Below, piece after piece: positions 13,290 through 26,964 of a stretch of DNA of 64,000 nucleotides. Origin of the DNA: Octopus vulgaris (taxonomy: Eukaryota). The stretch is from positions 1,798,001 through 1,862,000 of the forward strand of contig OX597828.1 in the NCBI GenBank assembly GCA_951406725.2, read 5' to 3'. Made by a program: the position numbers and the translations under genes. The notes beneath the pieces were generated by a model. The model did not search any database. It saw only the letters and a program-made list of their open reading frames with translations, and had not been told where the DNA came from. The first letter of the stretch is position 1; the number at the start of each line of letters is the position of its first letter.

Positions 13290-14750
13290 CGGTACATCAT
13301 CCCTGCCTCGAGGAACTGGATACATTCCAGGCCAGTGCCTGCAATCAAGTTGTCGATGTAGGTGTTTCACTTTTCTTACATCACCATGAAGTGGGTTCCA
13401 CAAGACTAATTTGGATGCTTCCAGTTCTTTAACTTATCTTCTCACTCACTTTCGGCGGGCCTCAATAAAGGCATTCATTTGTCATATGTTTTTGTCATTT
13501 CACATTTAGGGCCATTCGAAGCAGCCTTGTGTAGCATCCACCGGGCCCGTTTCATAATTTCTTTGTCAGTGTCCATGTTTCACTGCCATATAATACACTG
13601 ATTCGCCAATTACAAGGAAAAGCTTGATTTTGATTTGCCTGAGCAATATGGAGTTCTAGAGCTTTTTAGTTTGTGACAGGCTGTTTATGCTTGCACCTCC
13701 CTGATTTTGCGCTTCCGAAATGCTCCCCCAACCACCTAAGTACTTGAAGTCTTCAGTAACATTCAGTTTGGAACCGTTCAATGTAAACAGTTCAGCATCA
13801 CTTGATTGGTTGAAAGACTTGTATTCAGTTTTCTTGATATTTGTATGCTGGTCAATTGTAGCAGCTGTTGTGCTTGATTCTAGATATCAGTGCTATATCA
13901 TCTGCGAAATCCAAGTCTGTGATGGCTACTGCTGATACTCTCCGCGAGCTTTGCTGGTCTATGATGAAACTAAGGTTTTCGTCATTGTTGTGTCTACCAC
14001 GTGTCTACAAGTCATTGATGTTTACATACCAGCTCCAGGAATGCGTTTAATATGTACATTGGTATATCCAATAACTTAACACCGCTATATGTGGTGGCTA
14101 TATAAACAGTGTGTTCAGAGGCGAGAATGGATTAGATGGTGAGAATACTGATAAAAGGGCAAACCCCCCGAAATATGGCATGTACTCTCATTACCCATTT
14201 TTGTCTTCGATCTCATTGTTTTTTTTACATCTGATGTCTCAATATGAAGCGTTGTAGCAGAAAATCAGTGATGGCTATAATTTCTATAGAATATCAGTAG
14301 AAATAACCTTAACAAAATTGTTGTCTCTATCCTGCTGCATTGCATAATCCAAGACAATTGTAAACAGGTATGGTGCAGGCGTATGTTCTTGTGGAACCCC
14401 AGCTAGTATTTGAAAGAATTCCATTTCTCCGTCAGTTGGCAGCACACGAGCTCTGCTCTTCTCGTAGATCTTTACAATAGCAAGAATGGGTTCTTCTGGA
14501 ATTCCATATGCTTGAAGGATCTTCAACGTTTTGTAACGAGAGATGCTGTCACACGCTTCACTGAAGTCCACAAAGGTTATATTGGCAGGTAGCTGTCTTG
14601 ATTTAACTTCTATGATACGTCTCAGAGCTAAGATATGAGATGCTTTGGATCTCCCTGGTCTAAATTCGTTTCGATTCGATCTCAGATGGCTATCAAACAC
14701 CGGATGAAGGTCTAACTGAATGCAAAATGTCAGTGATAAAATTCCCACCC
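13290..14750 (-). mobile_element. Decayed RTE-clade LINE RT fragment, interrupted at ~13960-14300
   Basis: ORF 14284-14757 has FRPGRS, HILALRRIIE, FVDFSEACDSI and APYLFTIVLDY; ITDLDFADDIAL near 13890-13925; FKYLG near 13735. Confidence 0.88.
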
Positions 14751-15495
14751 GACTCAACAGCGATTAGTCTAACGAACTAAGAGACAAAGCTACCTAATAG
14801 TATAAGGAAAATGATAACACAACATGTATATTAGATACAAAATCTATAACAGAAAATATACGAACACGAAATACATAACACTACATCTTAAATTAACACT
14901 AGATATATACTATTAAATAGTAAAATAAAAATCCTTGTTAACCAACTACAAGGATATACGCTCAAGAACAAGTTACTAATGACCAATATAATTGGAAAAT
15001 CGATTGTAAACGTAAAAAGCTGCAAACTTAATGAGTGTAACTGTTAGGCTATACAAGTGCAACATTTGCTTATCGGTTCACAATGTATTTACAAACATGG
15101 ACCAATTGCAATGTACCACACAAAACTAGATAGAAAACTAGGTGGTGAACAACACACCTATAATAATACACGCATAAGTAGACGGTTGGCGATGAAAACA
15201 ATACACATAGCATAGCACAGCAAACTTGCAGACGAGATGTCATATACTACAAACAAATATGTCTGATTGCTAACGTTTAAATCTACTGATTCAGTTTTTG
15301 GTGATTTTACTGATTAACTCGGGCTACTGTAAAAAAGCAGCAGCATACGTCCCCAGCATTGTATCATGAAGATGAAAACTGGAAACGTTCTGAATGGATC
15401 TCTTCAAAACAAATACAAGGATCTTATTAAAAAAATATGAATAAAACTTTCACTGGAACAGTTGCATATTCAATGAAATACTCCCAATATACATA

Positions 15496-15855
15496 GGTGC
15501 AGGCGTGGATGTGTGGTAAGAAGTTTCTTCTCAACCACATGGTTTCAGGTTCAGTCCTGCTGCGGTGCGCCATGGGTATGTGTCGCCAACCAAGGCCTCG
15601 TGACTGGATTTGGTAGGAGCAAACTTGTGCGTATGTACAAGACCACTGTCTTTCACCACTGCTTGACAAACGGTGTTGGTGTGTTTACATTTTCATCCCC
15701 GTAACATAGGGGTCGGCAAAAGAGACCGATAGAATAAGTACCACGCTTAAAAAGAAATGTCTTAGGGTGGATGTTTTTCGATTAAAACCATTCAAGCGGT
15801 GCCCCAGCGTGGCCGCAGTCTAATGACTGCAACAAGTAAAAGTTAAAAGATAAAA
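15496..15855 (+). mobile_element. tRNA-derived SINE (family A), internally deleted
   Basis: Head gtgtggtaagaagttt..caaccacatggtttcaggttcagtcc and tail ccagcgtggccgcagtctaatgactg. Confidence 0.85.
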
Positions 15856-16799
15856 GATACATATATAAACAATTTCCGTTTCGGTCTCGGGAGTCAACGC
15901 GCTTTTTGCTGGAAAGCAGCAGCAGCTGGATTTTTGCACAGACATTTTCCTTTCCTGGAGAAACGGACGTCACGACACCTGTAACACCGAAATATAACTG
16001 ATTCTTCTTAGAAGGTGGCAGAGACAGAAGGGAGAGGAGAGAAGGAAGGAGATAGAGTGAGTGAGAGAGAATGGGAAAGAATGAGAGAACAGTTAATAGT
16101 CTACTAATAATCTATTCCACAACTTGTTTGTTGATTTTATTTATCGATGCGGAGCGACAAAAGGTAAATGATTTAAGTGAGTCAGGTACTTAAACGGTAA
16201 AGCACCGGGTTAAATAAAGGGAATCGCGTATATCACGAAAGTATAGGAACAAATGCTACATACCGACGTAGAGATAGATTATTATTCCAGTTGTATGTAC
16301 AATTAACCGCACCCGACTGAGTATATTATGAGTCCAAAGACTGTATTCAGGAACACACATTGCACCACTAAGAAAAATATGTAAATATTAACAAATGGAT
16401 TTTATATTCAACTCTGTTTTGTGCGACTCTGGTTAGTTAAATTCAGCTTGACCAACCTCTATACGCATCAAAGAATGTACTATTTGCTGCTATTATATAA
16501 AAGAGCAGAAAATATTGGATTGTGAAGGACGAGTTCTGCATTCAGAGTTGACGACGCGTAATGACGCACAAACGCATGCAAACTAAGATCAGATGATGTC
16601 ATTCAGAGCCTAATCTGTTTTTACACATATTATCTGTGAGAAAGATTTTCTCCCGAGAATATTTGTGCAGTGAAAGGTCTTCCCACCTACGTCCGAGTGT
16701 ACACGAACGTATTAGATATGATTGTACATGATTACATATACACATATACATACATCGCAAGCGAATTTTTAAACGAGCCTGGATAAATCATAACTTTGC

Positions 16800-17232
16800 T
16801 TCTAACCAACAAATATTTAGGAAAATATTACCGTTAAGAAAGCCCCACCCTCTTAAGAAGATCTTGAATCGTTCTGGCATTTCGGCCTTATTGCATTGTG
16901 GTTAAATGCAGTAAAAGGAGAATACTGTACCAACACTAACTGTAGAACATATGCAATTGACCCGGTAATTTACACCATACCTGTAGACAAACTGAATAAT
17001 GGGAAAGCACGTTATAGTTGGATACTGGTAAAAAACGTAATAGTTGGATACTGGTACAAAATGCTGACATTTTACAGAAAACCACTTATTTATATTCAAA
17101 TGCACTATGGAAAGTCAGATTGACATACCAGATTGGCTTACTATAGTTCGGATGAATCTAGTAGCCAAGAAAGAAAATACTGAATTGGTAGAAAATAAGG
17201 GCCCATTAATTGCCCAAAAGATTACATATATA
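16800..17232 (+). mobile_element. Old R4/Dong-like LINE RT fragment, truncated by the Tc1 insertion
   Basis: IPDWLTIVRMNLVAKKENTELVENKGP parallels MPEWLTKGKTILIPKSNETAKPENYRP in the 27162 ORF. Confidence 0.6.
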
Positions 17233-17234
17233 TA

Positions 17235-18850
17235 CAGTTGCGGCCAAAATGTTCAGAACGGCATTGTTTTCGTCAGAAAAGTAGGTACAATTTTTTTTAT
17301 CAAAGTTGTTTTATATTCTATAATTTTCACAGACAATAAATACGATATTATTTGTTATTGTCTGGTGTAATTTGAGAGGATAATACAAAAGTTATGGATG
17401 ATTTAGTGATTTACTGCAAAACCCATGCCGGCCAAAATGATCAGAACGGTTGAAAAAATAACAAAATAATCAAAAATGACAGAGAATACTGGAATTATTT
17501 AATATTTAGCGTGAAGCCCTTTAGCTTCAATCACACTTTGACATCTTCGACTGCATGAGGAAACTAAATTTTCAATTTCTTGCTGGGTGATCTTATTCAA
17601 TTTTCTTCCTGATGGGCATTCCATAATTGCTCGGTTGTTTTAGGATTTCTGGCTTTCGAACGTTCTCCTAGAATATTCCACACATTTGCAATAGGATTGA
17701 GATCTAGGCTTTGAGCAGGCCAATCCATAACAATAACCTTTTCAGCCCTGAGGAATTTCATGACCACTTTAGCCTTGTGACATGGAGCATTGTCCTGCAT
17801 GAATATGGGTGGTCGCTTAGTTGAATTTCTCAGCACAGGCAAGACATGATCTTTTACAAGTTGTTTATAAACTCCTGCATTTTACTTTCCATGTAAAGGG
17901 CCCACACCATCTCCAGATATCATCCCCCAAACCATGACACTTCCTCCACCGAATTTAACACTAGTCTTAAGGCATTTAGTCGACAATTTTTCACCTTCTT
18001 TTCGACGAACGTACCTTTTCCCATCTGAGCCAAATAACATAAACTTAGATTCATCACGGAAATGTACCGTTTGCCATTTTTCTTGAGACCACAACACATG
18101 TTCGGTTGCAAAGGTAAGACGACACTTTTTATTCTTGGAGCTGATCAGTGGCTTCACTGCAGGTGCTCTTGGTTGTAGGTCTTGTTCAACTAAACAACGA
18201 GACACAGTTTTTCGAGATAAAGTTTTCTTCAATACAATGCTCATTTTCCGAGAAACAGCAGCAGCAGTTTTAACTTTGTCCTTTTTAACCAACTTTACCA
18301 TAGCACGATCTTCTCTCTTGGTCGTTTTTCTTGGCCTACCTGTAAACTTTGTTGCTTCACGCGAACCACAATCATCGTAGACCTTAAGAATACCATGACC
18401 AACACTTTTTGACTTGTTAACAATCTTTGCAATAGACCCAATACTTAAATTATCCTTCTTTCGAAGCTTAATAATCTGCTGACGAATTGATAACGGAGTA
18501 AGTGGCATTATATAAACAAAGTACACTGCAAATATTCTTACTAATGTTTAGTAAACGAACTGTCAAGTAAACAAATTCAAAACATTAGAGTTCGCCGGTT
18601 CGATATACTAAAACACGGAGTAACAGCAACCGTTCTGATCATTTTGGCCGCCATGGGTTTTGCAGTAAATCACTAAATCATCCATGACTTTTGTATTATC
18701 CTCTCAAATTACACCAAAATCTCAGACAATAACAAATAATATCGTATTTATTGTCTGTGAAAAATATAGAATATAAAACAAATTTGATAAAAAATTGTAC
18801 CTACTTTTCTGACGAAAACAATGCCGTTCTGAACATTTTGGCCGCAACTG
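17235..18850 (-). mobile_element. Full-length Tc1-like transposon with ~215-bp IR/DR TIRs; disrupted transposase
   Basis: TIR cagttgcggccaaaatgttcagaacgg... at both ends with TA flanks; ORFs 18526-17882 (GRPRKTT, FRDESKF, GGGSVMVWG) and 17842-17597 (FMQDNAPCH, SLDLNPIANVW, catalytic E replaced by A); frameshift. Confidence 0.96.
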
Positions 18851-18859
18851 TATATATAA

Positions 18860-18925
<66 letters not shown>

Positions 18926-19599
18926 GTATAAAATATATAAAGAAAAATACATCAATACACACACACACACACACATATATATGGCGTGCACATGTATCCA
19001 TACATGTGTAAATATTTAACCACTCATACGAACGCGCACACACATATGCATAAAATATACGTACACATAATGTGTTGATGCACCTCAAGCAAGATTAGTC
19101 TGTCTATAACGTCTTTGTTATAGCAGTGCGAGAACTGTTATTAAATAAATGCTGATATATCCTAATGTACGCATAACATCAGAATATTATTACAGACAAT
19201 ATGAGCTTTTCTGTTGAATTAGGTTTTACTGTTTAACTGTATAGACAAATACTGAGATAGAGATTTAGAGAAAAATCTAGACGAGCAGAAAGATATATAG
19301 ACGGCTAGATAAGCAGATAGGTGGTCCGATGAACTGATGGACGTATAGACATCTAGATGGAAATATGGAAAGACGGATTGTTTGATAGATGCGTAGAGGA
19401 GTAAAGGAGCAAAGTAGATGTTAAAATAACGTTATTATCATAAAAGTTTAAGAGTGACAACAGAACATTTACTGATGAGATGCCGCGATACTGTGAGTAC
19501 AGCGAAATTGTAAAGAGTAGCTTGATTGGGAGTTCGAGTTTCACCTATCAGCTATTAGATTGAAATAAGGTTAGATAAATGGGTAAATATGAAATTAAG

Positions 19600-20400
19600 T
19601 TAAATTAACAAACAAATAGCTGTAGGTTGAATTTTATTCTTGGATAATAAAAAGACTTGCGATTATCGGAGCGGTTACTGTGTCTTTGTTTTCCGCTAAG
19701 GCCTGTGTGCTTCTTGTAAAACTTTGTAGGAACACAGCACTTGACGATACATAAATGGCTTTCGAGAAATGGGTAAATTCTATATATCTTGCCGCACATG
19801 TACAGCTAATTTTGTATGCAACATTGTTTTCAAGCACATCAGCAAAGGATGTTGGATGTATTACGCTATCGCCTGAATGAATATCGTCAAAAATAGCTTG
19901 GCTCTGATGGGGTAGTGCTGTGTGACATGTATTGTCTTAAGGTGTGTTCTTGCTTTCTGATTTTAACAGGATGACCTGGTTTCTCAATGCAGAAGCTTTA
20001 TTAAAAAGATGATGCAAGAATGTGAAAGACTGTGAGAGAGAAAATGAGTAAGAGGAGCAAAAGTAATTAAAGAGTGAAAACAATGGTGACAGAAAGTAAC
20101 GGAGATAAAAGACGAATAAAAACAAACGTTGTCGAGATTTCACTACGGGTATCATCAGAGAAAAAAGGAAGCAGAAAGCGAAATGTGAGCGAGAAAGGAG
20201 TGGAAGAAACTCGAAAACAAAAAGAAAAACAGAAAAATTACTCTACCACGTCGACCGGCTTTGCTAAAGGAAACAGTTGAAAATCGGTTAAGAAAATAAA
20301 AGTAAAAAGTAAGCTTTTGACTGGATGCAAGTCTTAAGATAAAATCGAATAAATAAAAATGGTTGGTTGGTTGTATATAAGACAAAAAATACTTGATTGG
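19600..20400 (-). mobile_element. Penelope-like fragment: GIY-YIG endonuclease remnant plus degenerate HHR region
   Basis: ORF 19837-19634 NNVAYKISCTCAARYIE matches VY.F.C.C...YIG; minus strand CTGATGA..GAAA near 20158-20135. Confidence 0.65.
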
Positions 20401-20964
20401 GTATATCTATCAAAAACGAATAAGATCGTATGAATAAATAAATCAATATGTAAAGAATAATAAATAAATATATCGATGCTATTCAGTCACATTATTCGGG
20501 TATCCTAGGCTATTAATTTTTTTTTTATTCACGCACAAATACTGCAAAATCAAAGGTTGAGAAAATGAGTTAGTAGAACACAAAACGAAAAAAAGAAAAG
20601 AAAAAAAGAAAAATACAGAAAGTAAATATTTCTGTAACGGATCTGTTGTGTGAAAATTCATGAGTAACACTTACAATTACTAAGAGTGTCGTTTTTGCAT
20701 TCAAGATGTTTTACTTCTTCAGGGATATTAAAATATTTTCACTTCAGAAAAGATATAACTGAACTTTTAATGTTATCACATTTATAAGGTGCGAAAGCAA
20801 TGATACATTAGGTTATATTAAAAGTAGTGTTTCAATGTTCAGATTTTATTTGAGAATAAAATACCCGGTCTCAAACTTTGAACATTTGGCTTAATAAATA
20901 TATATTGTGACTCTCTACTTAATTGATGAATTCTTACTATTTTCCTGCAAACACACACTACACT

Positions 20965-20995
<31 letters not shown>

Positions 20996-21472
20996 AACAC
21001 ACACACACATACACACACACACATACACACACATAGCTAAGCATACATATAAACATATATACATTTCTTTCTTTTACTTTTTTATGTCTGTAGTATCAGA
21101 CATTCTCCCAAGGTGCCACGCAGTGGGACTGAACCGAAGCCATATCGTTGGGAAGCAATCCGCACCTGCGCATATGTAAACTTGTTTTTTTTTTTTTTAA
21201 TATTTATTAGAGTTCTTCTTGGAAGACCGGAACTGGTTTCTATCAAAGAAATAGAAGCCCTATCAGTGAAATTTGTGTAGCAACAAGGATAATTGTTACA
21301 TAATGAATTTTTCGCTAGTTTTGTATGTTTTTAGCCATTCGTATACAGATTGTATCCATAAAATGCATATTAGCCATTTTCTTACTTTTCTTGAAAATCC
21401 GAGCTTTTCTTGGTTGACTTTCCTCCACGTAGACATTTACCATGATACCCACTTGCATCAATTGATATAAAT

Positions 21473-21800
21473 GTGAAATTTCGATTCCCAGACCGGGCGT
21501 TGAGGGTGTTTATTGAGCAAAAACACCTAAAGCTCCATGAGGCTCCGGCAGGGGATGGTGGCGAACCCTGCTGTACTCTTTCACCAAAACTTTCTTTAAC
21601 TCTTTTTTCCTGTTTCTGTTGTACCTGTATTTCAAAGGGTCAGCCTTAACACAATTTCTGTCACGCTGAATCTCACCGAGAACTACGTTATGGGTACACG
21701 AGTCTGTGGAGTGCTCAGCCACTTGCACGTTAATTTCACGAGCAGGCTGTTCCGTTGACCGGATCAGCTGGGATCATCGCCATCGTAACCGACGGAGTGC
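21473..21800 (+). mobile_element. tRNA-derived SINE (family D), 5'-trimmed
   Basis: ttcgattcccagaccgggc B-box region and tttattgagc.aaaacacct block; inverted paralogue at 31453-31625. Confidence 0.8.
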
Positions 21801-22192
21801 TACGACTATGTATGTGTTCATCACTAGTTGCTGAGAATTGCTTCCGGCAATTGTTATTTAATTCACTAACTAGGTCCCTTGAGTCTTTGCGAATCGGTTG
21901 CGATACATTCAACTTCCAGTTACCCGATTCCTGCTTATAAGTTCTATTCAAGTCATCCATGCAGATCACAGAGTTATGGTCTGTATAGCCAACTAGCTTG
22001 AAATGTTGTCATCCTACACCATACCTACTCGTTGGTCTAACAAAAACTCTATCTATATGCTACCTGGGGCACATCCGAGAAATCCAGTCAGTACCTGTGG
22101 AAGAAGGTGAATACTTCAGAGCAGGTTTTCCTAGCCTTTTCGCTCCATTCTTCTATACTTTGATCCCACACCATCCCAACGTGCGTGTGAAA

Positions 22193-23900
22193 TGTTACTT
22201 TAATCCCTTGCCAGTACTAGAAATGATGACGTCCTCGGAAAAACTCCGAAGAAATCGAGCCACCTGGCGAGGCGTATAGGGTCGTTAGTCTGAAGTTACT
22301 GCTTTAGCTGCCGTAAGCGTCTAAGACCGATTTACACAGTTTGGATCCAGAAAAATTGCTCATATCGCGATATCTAAGGATATCTGGAATAGCGGGGACA
22401 TCAGATGACGGAGTCATTACAAGGATTGCTTACATCAGTGTGGGGGTTTTCATAAAAAGATGTGGGGAAAACAGAGAGAGAAGGTATAGATGGGATAAAA
22501 AGTATACATCGTATAAAAGATATTTAGAATATAAGCAGAAAAGCACAAATTTCATTTACAGTTCAAAATTTAATTGTGCTTAACGGATGTTTCATTAGCA
22601 ATAAAGATAATTGTTTATATAATTATGCAATTAACAGTCCCCTTGGTATTAGTGAGCCTCCGACTAAGTCCATTCAAGGAAACCCCACAGATCTAGTATC
22701 ACCTTGACCACTAAGGGCACAAGACTTCGCCAGCTGTTATTTTCCAATGTATAGGCACATGCTTGGAGTAATTCCGTTCAACCTTATAATAGCTATGATT
22801 ACCTTTTCTTTATTAGCGCAATAGCTCGCAGAGATACATAAGTATGAATCTTTTACTAGGGATTATAAAAAAAACCCGGAGTGTGAAAGAAAAATTTACA
22901 AATACGAAAGAGGAGGGGAGAGAGAAGTTACACAGTTAATGGAAACATTAAGATTTCAAAAGTAGAAAACTCTGCACGGGAATAAATATAACAAGTTTTT
23001 TTTTCTGTGCATTCTCGGACTATTCTTAGCACGACGGGTACAACAGATAGTTTTTTCCTTGTATTATTAATCTTATTCATTTTGTCTCAGCGCCTTTTAA
23101 TGAGCGGAGTTCCAGTATGACTCTGTGACCTTCGGAGTGGTCATTACGACTTGCAAACCCATTTTGACCCCCTTGATCACATGTCATTTTTCTTTAGTTC
23201 TACTTTGACCATTCACTCGTACTCTGTTGCAAAAGTGACGACTAGCCATGAATCTACATTGCGTTGTCTCGATACATGATGTACTCTTTTATTTCTTTTC
23301 ACCTTGTACTGGGGTACAAATGTATACTCTGTAGCATGTCTGACAATTTCAGCCTGTGTTTTGACTGAGTCTTCAGTTTTGAAGGTACAGCATGTAGTGC
23401 TATAGCTTTTGGCTTCTTCAGTCGAGTGGATATTTACGAGATGTACTGAAAAGCTTTTTGTATTACTTGTAAAGGTAGATTTAGTTCACTTCCGTCGTTT
23501 GGGAAGTGAAGGTGTATGGCTTCCCTCTTTACTTTCCCCTAGATTAGCTTCTACTGGACAGAAATGCTGCCCGGAATTACAAAATTGTCTTGTAGTTTTG
23601 ATAAGTGTAAATATTCTGGTTCTTCAGTTTGCTTTAAAAGAAACTTCACCTTGACACAACTTGTGTTTGATTCTATGTATGAGTCGCCACTGTTGCTATT
23701 ATGATCGCTATCTTTGAAACTACCGGTTTGAGTGTTTGGGACAATTTTATCTAAAATGTTCATTTTTCTCCTTTTTGTAGTTACAGCCATTTGTTTTACT
23801 TTGTGCTTTTCTATGTTGTTTTCGGCTCTAGAGTTCAGTCCTGTAACGCAAGTAGCCATTTTGGATGGGAAAATGTAATGTGAGTAAATATAATTTTAAA
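22193..23900 (-). mobile_element. Possible LTR-element remnant: 444-bp LTR (22193-22636) and a disabled ORF (23859 to ~23220)
   Basis: LTR bounded by TGTTA...TAACA with a minus-strand AAGGGGA tract next to it; the ORF starts in aaaATGG context and continues through a frameshift and stops; no recognisable domain. Confidence 0.35.
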
Positions 23901-24099
23901 AATGTGTGCAAGAATCCCTTACATATGTACCACCAGACATTCAGCGCAAAATTTCCTTGGGGAATTATAATTCATTTTAAGTACTCAAAAGAAAATTCCT
24001 CTTGGTAATGTTTAATTGCATTGTGCCTCGGAAAAGAACACACAGCGAGTCGAATATGTTAACAACAGTAACAATAATAATAACAATGATGATGATAAA

Positions 24100-26215
24100 A
24101 AAGAATCTTCTACCAAAAACTGAAGACACAAAAAATCCAAAGAACCATCGACTAATAGCATTCTCAACACCACCTTCAAGAGGCTCACATCCATACTAAC
24201 TGAAAGAATATACGCTTTCCTTTAACAGAATTCGATCCTTCCACAAGATCAAAAAGGTTGTAAAAGAAATTCTTATGGGTGAAAAGATCAATTACTCATA
24301 AATAAAATTATTGTAGAAAATTGCCAGAGTAAAAATAACCTGGAGTATGGAATGGATAGACTACAGGAAAGCGTTTGGTAGTGTCCCATATAATTGGTTA
24401 CTCAAGGCCCTTGAGATATATAAGATCTCTCCTGTCGTCTCCAGATTCTTACAAGGTAGCATGGCCAAGAGGGACACACGTCTCCTTCTAAACCATAGTA
24501 ATGGGATGAGCCAATCCAGCAACATCAACATCAAACGAAGTGACTCTCTTTCCCCATTATTAATTTGTATGGCAGTGATCCCACTCTCAAACGAACTGAA
24601 TACCACCAGGTATAGGTGAAAAGTTTATAATACTAGAATAAACCATTTGTTTTATATGGACGATCTGAAGCTGTTTGCTAGAAATAATGAAGAGTTAGTA
24701 GGGCCGCTAACAACTGTTAAAGAGTTCAGCAGTGACATCGGGATAGATTTTGGTCTCGATAAGTGTGCTTAAGCAACTTTTGTAAGAGGCAAACTCAGAC
24801 AAACCTCTTCCATTAAATTAGATACCGACGCTACCATTAAGGGATAAACGAAGGAGACGGTATACAACATGCTACTATGAAGGATAGAATAACAAAGTGG
24901 TACCACAGGAGAATAAGACTTATACTAAAAACTGAACTCACCTCTAAAAATCGCATTGAGCCATTAACACCCTGGTACTTCCAGTAGTACAATACAGTTT
25001 TAACATCATTAACTGGAATCTTACAGAACTCCAAAGCCTGGACAGGAAGACAAGAAAACCACTAACATCTAAGAAAATGCACCACCCAAAAGCAGACGTT
25101 GATCGTCTGTGTCTACCTAGACGTAATGGGAGAAGAGGAATGATACAATTAGAACTGTGTTTTAAGACCTCCACAATAACAAGGAACAAGTAATTACCTA
25201 GTACAGAGGACTGGGTGCTACGGCTTGTGTACAAACACGAAAGCAGAAAAAAGCACATTCTATCGTTAAAGAAGCTTGCAAATTCGCAAGGGAACTTGGC
25301 ACTAACTCTGAATTAGATAAATAAAACCTGAAACCACTGCCACCAGCTAAGGAAAACGGATCGAGCAGACTGCAAAAAAGAACGTCCAGAAACAAATTGG
25401 GGAGGGGCGGTGTATACAAAAGCCTCTGCATGGACATTATATATACTTCGAAGTCGAAATGTCTGATGTAGACCAAGCAACAACCCATCAGTAGGTGAGA
25501 AGTTCAGGACAGAAAGCAGAGATTGAAGGTTTCATATTGGCGGCACATGATCAAAGCTTGCTCACCAAAAACTATCAGACTAACATTCTTAAAAACATCT
25601 GCGACACATTTGACGAAACAAGAGACCATCTCGCCTCGGGATGACCTTTGCTGACACCAAACGAATACGAAAATCGTCACGATATGGTAGGACAGTATTT
25701 ACATTGGAAAATATGTAAACACTACAAAATCAGCACTCCTGCTTACTGGTATGAACATCATCCTGATCCAGTCGTTGAAGGTAAAAATGTCACTAACGGT
25801 CCAGGCTAATCGACCAGATATAGTCATTGAGGACAGGGAAGAAAATACTTGTAGAGTAACAGATGTAAGTGTTCCCACTGATAAAAATATATCTGTAAAG
25901 GAATTTGACAAATTAAGTAAATATAAGGACCTGGGAATTAAAATACAAAAGATGCCGCATCTTAAAGCGAGAACTGTTCCTGTTATTGTGAGTGTCCTAG
26001 GTATGATAAAAGAAGGATATCAGACACATCTAGATAACATTCCAGGAGAACCATGTCTCAGAGAAATCTAAAAGAATGTACTGACTAGTACTGCCTACAT
26101 CCTTAGAAAAACCCTATCCGTGTAAATGACTGTGTAGTATTACATGAAGATATGTCGCTACTACCCCTGCAATTTGCCCTCCCCAACCTTTCAGTCATAC
26201 TGTAAGTAAGTAAGT
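24100..26215 (+). mobile_element. Old 5'-truncated R4/Dong-clade LINE (RT, CCHC, RLE), pseudogenised
   Basis: WIDYRKAFGSVP, SLSPLL, YMDDLK (~24654), [31 protein letters not shown]; ends in (TAA)n. Confidence 0.93.
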
Positions 26216-26234
26216 AATAATAATAATAATGATG

Positions 26235-26309
<75 letters not shown>
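26215..26309. repeat. (TAA)n microsatellite, first segment of a split array (others 26850-26964, 29456-29530)
   Basis: Directly visible. Confidence 0.97.
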
Positions 26310-26310
<1 letters not shown>

Positions 26311-26849
26311 CAGGCAGTGGCTCACGTGGCTTCTGAACTTAACTGATTGGAAGTGTTATCATGTACATTGTTTTGTCTTGGTATAAAATATGGGCTACAG
26401 TAAATATTCTGCTCAATACCACAGATTTGCTTGTCAGTTGTTTGACCTTAACCAGTTGAGAATGTCCCTTGGTGGCTGACGATATATGCATCTCTGATCA
26501 CGAGCAGAAATAGTGGGGGAGCATCATAGCCATGTGTTGAGAGGAACTCTTTGGGGTTTGAATAATTCACCTCTGGAAACATGGGTGTTTCGTTCAACAC
26601 CCTTAAACAACCCTTATTCAGGGATCTTTTGAGCGGGATGGGTTACTCGACCAGAAGAAAATTCTAACTGGGCCCCACCTGCAAGGTCAAGTGCGGTTTA
26701 TCTTGATATGAGATCACCATGTCGCGCACATATGGTTGTGATGCATGTGCCTGGTGTACCCTTATCAGACGGGTAGTCATGATGAGTATACTGGACTTTG
26801 TATATTTTACCCCTGTGTCATTTTGATGGTATGCAATGCTCTCTCACGC
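26310..26849 (+). mobile_element. ~540-bp non-coding element inserted in (TAA)n; probable non-autonomous retroelement
   Basis: Complex sequence with sharp edges between two pure (TAA)n tracts; no credible ORF; no TIRs seen. Confidence 0.65.
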
Positions 26850-26853
26850 AATG

Positions 26854-26964
<111 letters not shown>

